Source of the DNA: a virus
Taxonomy: Duplodnaviria > Caudoviricetes
Direction: 5' to 3' (one strand)
Virus record (IMG/VR): IMGVR_UViG_3300031839_002055
Span: 1-55,310 of that record
DNA length: 55,310 nt
Positions 52,727 through 55,310 of this stretch are shown here, piece by piece. The notes under the pieces were generated by a model, which was given only the letters and a program-made list of their open reading frames with translations, was not told the DNA's origin and searched no databases. Position 1 is the first letter of the stretch. Each line of letters begins with the position of its first letter. The translations under genes were made by a program, and so were the position numbers.

Positions 52727-55310
52727 AGCCGCAGAGGCCACTAAAGACGGGCTTTCTAGCCACACTCCGATGATGCAGCAGTACTGGAAGCTCAAGCGCG
52801 AGCATCCGGACCAGCTGATGTTCTACCGCATGGGCGATTTCTACGAGCTGTTCTACGACGACGCCAAGAAAGCCGCCGCGCTGCTCGACATCACCCTGAC
52901 CGCGCGCGGACAGTCGGCGGGCACAGCAATCCCCATGGCCGGCATTCCGTTTCACTCCGCCGAAGGCTACCTGGCGCGACTGGTCAAGCTGGGCGAATCG
53001 GTGGTGATCTGCGAGCAGATCGGCGACCCGGCGACCAGCAAGGGCCCGGTGGAGCGCCAGGTGGTGCGCATCATCACCCCCGGTACGGTGAGCGACGAGG
53101 CGCTGCTAGACGAGCGCCGCGACAACCTGCTGGCGGCGGTAGTCGGCGACGAGAAGCTGTTCGGCCTGTCGGTGCTGGACATCGCCAGCGGTCGTTTCAG
53201 CGTGCAGGAGCTCAAGGGCTGGGAAACCCTACTCGCCGAACTGGAGCGCCTGAGCCCAGCAGAATTGCTGATTCCCGACGATTGGCCACAGGGCCTGCCG
53301 CTGGAGAAACGCCGCGGTGTGCGCCGTCGCGCGCCCTGGGATTTCGATCGCGATTCGGCCTTCAAGAGCCTCTGCCAGCAGTTCTCCACCCAGGACCTCA
53401 AGGGCTTCGGCTGCGAGAACCTGACCCTGGCGATCGGTGCCGCCGGCTGCCTGCTCGCCTACGCCAAGGAAACCCAGCGCACCGCCCTGCCCCACCTACG
53501 CAGCCTGCGCCACGAGCGCCTCGACGACACGGTGATCCTCGACGGTGCCAGCCGGCGCAATCTGGAGCTGGACGTCAACCTGGCCGGCGGTCGCGAGAAC
53601 ACACTGCAATCGGTCATGGACCGCTGCCAGACCGCCATGGGCTCGCGCCTGCTGACCCGCTGGCTGAATCGCCCGCTGCGCAACCGCGAGACTCTCGAGG
53701 CGCGTCAGGACTCGATCACCTGCCTGCTGGAGCATTACCGCTTCGAACAGCTGCAGCCGCAGCTCAAGGACATCGGTGACCTGGAACGCATCCTCGCCCG
53801 TATCGGCCTGCGCAACGCCCGCCCACGCGATCTGGCGCGCCTGCGCGACGCGCTCGCTGCGTTACCGCAGCTGCAGGCCGGCATGCAGGACCTGGTGGCA
53901 CCGCATCTGCTCGAACTGGCGAAAAGCATCAGTACCTACCCGGAGCTGGCCGAGCTGCTGGCGCGCGCCATCATCGACAATCCGCCGGCGGTGATCCGCG
54001 ACGGTGGCGTGCTCAAGACCGGCTACGACACCGAGCTGGACGAGCTGCAGTCGCTCTCTGAAAACGCCGGCCAGTACCTGATGGACCTGGAGACCCGCGA
54101 GAGGGCGCGCACCGGCTTGGCCAACCTCAAGGTCGGCTACAACCGCGTGCACGGCTACTTCATCGAGCTGCCGAGCAAGCAGGCCGAATCGGCGCCGGCC
54201 GACTACATCCGCCGGCAGACGCTCAAGGGCGCCGAGCGCTTCATCACCCCTGAGCTGAAGGAATTCGAGGACAAGGCACTGTCGGCCAAGAGCCGCGCCC
54301 TCGCCCGCGAGAAGCTGCTCTACGACGAACTGCTGGAACTGCTCATCGGCCATCTGCCGCCCCTGCAGGAAAGCGCTGCCGCCCTGGCCGAACTAGACGT
54401 GCTGAGCAATCTCGCCGAGCGCGCGCTCAATCTCGATCTGAATCGCCCGCGCTTCGTCGAGCAGCCGTGCATGCGCATCGAGCAGGGTCGCCACCCGGTG
54501 GTCGAGCAAGTATTGGAGACGCCGTTCGTGGCCAACGACCTTGGCCTCGACGATGCCACCCGCATGCTGGTCATCACCGGGCCGAACATGGGCGGTAAAT
54601 CGACCTACATGCGCCAGACTGCGCTGATCGTGCTGCTGGCACAGATCGGCAGCTTCGTCCCGGCAGCCGCCTGCGAGCTGTCGTTGGTGGACCGCATCTT
54701 CACCCGCATCGGCTCTTCGGACGATCTCGCCGGCGGGCGCTCGACCTTCATGGTGGAAATGAGCGAAACCGCGAATATCCTGCACAACGCCAGTGATCGC
54801 AGCCTGGTACTGATGGACGAGGTCGGCCGCGGCACCAGCACCTTCGACGGACTGTCGCTGGCCTGGGCGGCAGCCGAGCACCTCGCCAAGCTGCGCGCGT
54901 TCACGCTGTTCGCCACCCACTACTTCGAACTGACCGTGCTGCCGGAAAGCGAGCCGGTAGTGGCCAACGTGCACCTCTCGGCCACCGAGCACAACGAGCG
55001 CATCGTGTTTCTGCACCATGTACTGCCTGGCCCGGCGAGCCGGAGCTATGGCCTGGCGGTGGCGCAGCTGGCCGGTGTGCCGGGCGAAGTCATCCAGCGT
55101 GCACGCGACCATCTGTCGCGCCTGGAAACCACCAGCCTGCCCCACGAAGCGCCGAGAATGGCACCCGGCCAACCGGCACCCCCCATGCAGAGCGACCTGT
55201 TCGCCAGCCTGCCGCATCCGGTGCTCGAGGAATTGGGGCGGATCAATCCCGATGATGTGACGCCGCGCCAGGCGCTGGAGCTGCTATACAGCTTGAAATC
55301 ACGCATTTGA
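52710..55310 (+). CDS. mutS: DNA mismatch repair protein MutS with phage-supplied first 20 codons
   Basis: [37 protein letters not shown] clamp motif. Confidence 0.98.
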   Translation: MSIRQKAAEATKDGLSSHTPMMQQYWKLKREHPDQLMFYRMGDFYELFYDDAKKAAALLDITLTARGQSAGTAIPMAGIPFHSAEGYLARLVKLGESVVICEQIGDPATSKGPVERQVVRIITPGTVSDEALLDERRDNLLAAVVGDEKLFGLSVLDIASGRFSVQELKGWETLLAELERLSPAELLIPDDWPQGLPLEKRRGVRRRAPWDFDRDSAFKSLCQQFSTQDLKGFGCENLTLAIGAAGCLLAYAKETQRTALPHLRSLRHERLDDTVILDGASRRNLELDVNLAGGRENTLQSVMDRCQTAMGSRLLTRWLNRPLRNRETLEARQDSITCLLEHYRFEQLQPQLKDIGDLERILARIGLRNARPRDLARLRDALAALPQLQAGMQDLVAPHLLELAKSISTYPELAELLARAIIDNPPAVIRDGGVLKTGYDTELDELQSLSENAGQYLMDLETRERARTGLANLKVGYNRVHGYFIELPSKQAESAPADYIRRQTLKGAERFITPELKEFEDKALSAKSRALAREKLLYDELLELLIGHLPPLQESAAALAELDVLSNLAERALNLDLNRPRFVEQPCMRIEQGRHPVVEQVLETPFVANDLGLDDATRMLVITGPNMGGKSTYMRQTALIVLLAQIGSFVPAAACELSLVDRIFTRIGSSDDLAGGRSTFMVEMSETANILHNASDRSLVLMDEVGRGTSTFDGLSLAWAAAEHLAKLRAFTLFATHYFELTVLPESEPVVANVHLSATEHNERIVFLHHVLPGPASRSYGLAVAQLAGVPGEVIQRARDHLSRLETTSLPHEAPRMAPGQPAPPMQSDLFASLPHPVLEELGRINPDDVTPRQALELLYSLKSRI
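52770..52783 (+). repeat. attR core ATGATGCAGCAGTA
   Basis: Identical to 1712..1725. Confidence 0.92.

Larger units (their letters stand above)
1712..52783. mobile_element. Complete lambdoid siphovirus prophage integrated in mutS
   Basis: att direct repeat, tyrosine integrase, cI/cro, O/dnaB, Q-like gene, terminase/portal/capsid, tail and lysis genes; no obvious frameshifts in core genes. Confidence 0.95.

Noticed and set aside
52967..55306. Minus-strand ORFs within mutS
   Set aside because: Shadow ORFs of a conserved housekeeping gene.

Overview
This GC-rich, Pseudomonas/Stutzerimonas-like window is almost entirely one apparently intact lambdoid siphovirus prophage (~51 kb, 1712..52783) inserted in the 5' end of the mismatch-repair gene mutS. 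The 14-bp core ATGATGCAGCAGTA (codons M-M-Q-Q) is duplicated at 1712..1725 and 52770..52783. The native mutS start is stranded at the left end as a 17-codon stub. The phage supplies a replacement, synonymously recoded N-terminus right after its integrase. Left to right the window holds: a host acyltransferase, a SLOG gene, spanins and endolysin, tail genes with a moron block, a lambda-like head/terminase module, a cos site with lambda-identical spacing, holins, three tRNAs, a Q-like gene, a nin region, dnaB/O replication genes, cro/cI, accessory genes at the rex position, an early-left operon (recombination, SSB, methylase), xis-like/int, and mutS. The most notable items are: (1) the mutS 5'-end/promoter swap, with putative Int arm repeats over the new mutS start; (2) an R67/DfrB-type dihydrofolate reductase domain fused to a mosaic phage protein; (3) a C5 methyltransferase split between two almost fully overlapping reading frames; (4) a two-gene DUF1828-like candidate defence module behind cI; (5) a large metallophosphoesterase resembling T5 A1. 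Family assignments come from motif recognition and memory, not database searches.
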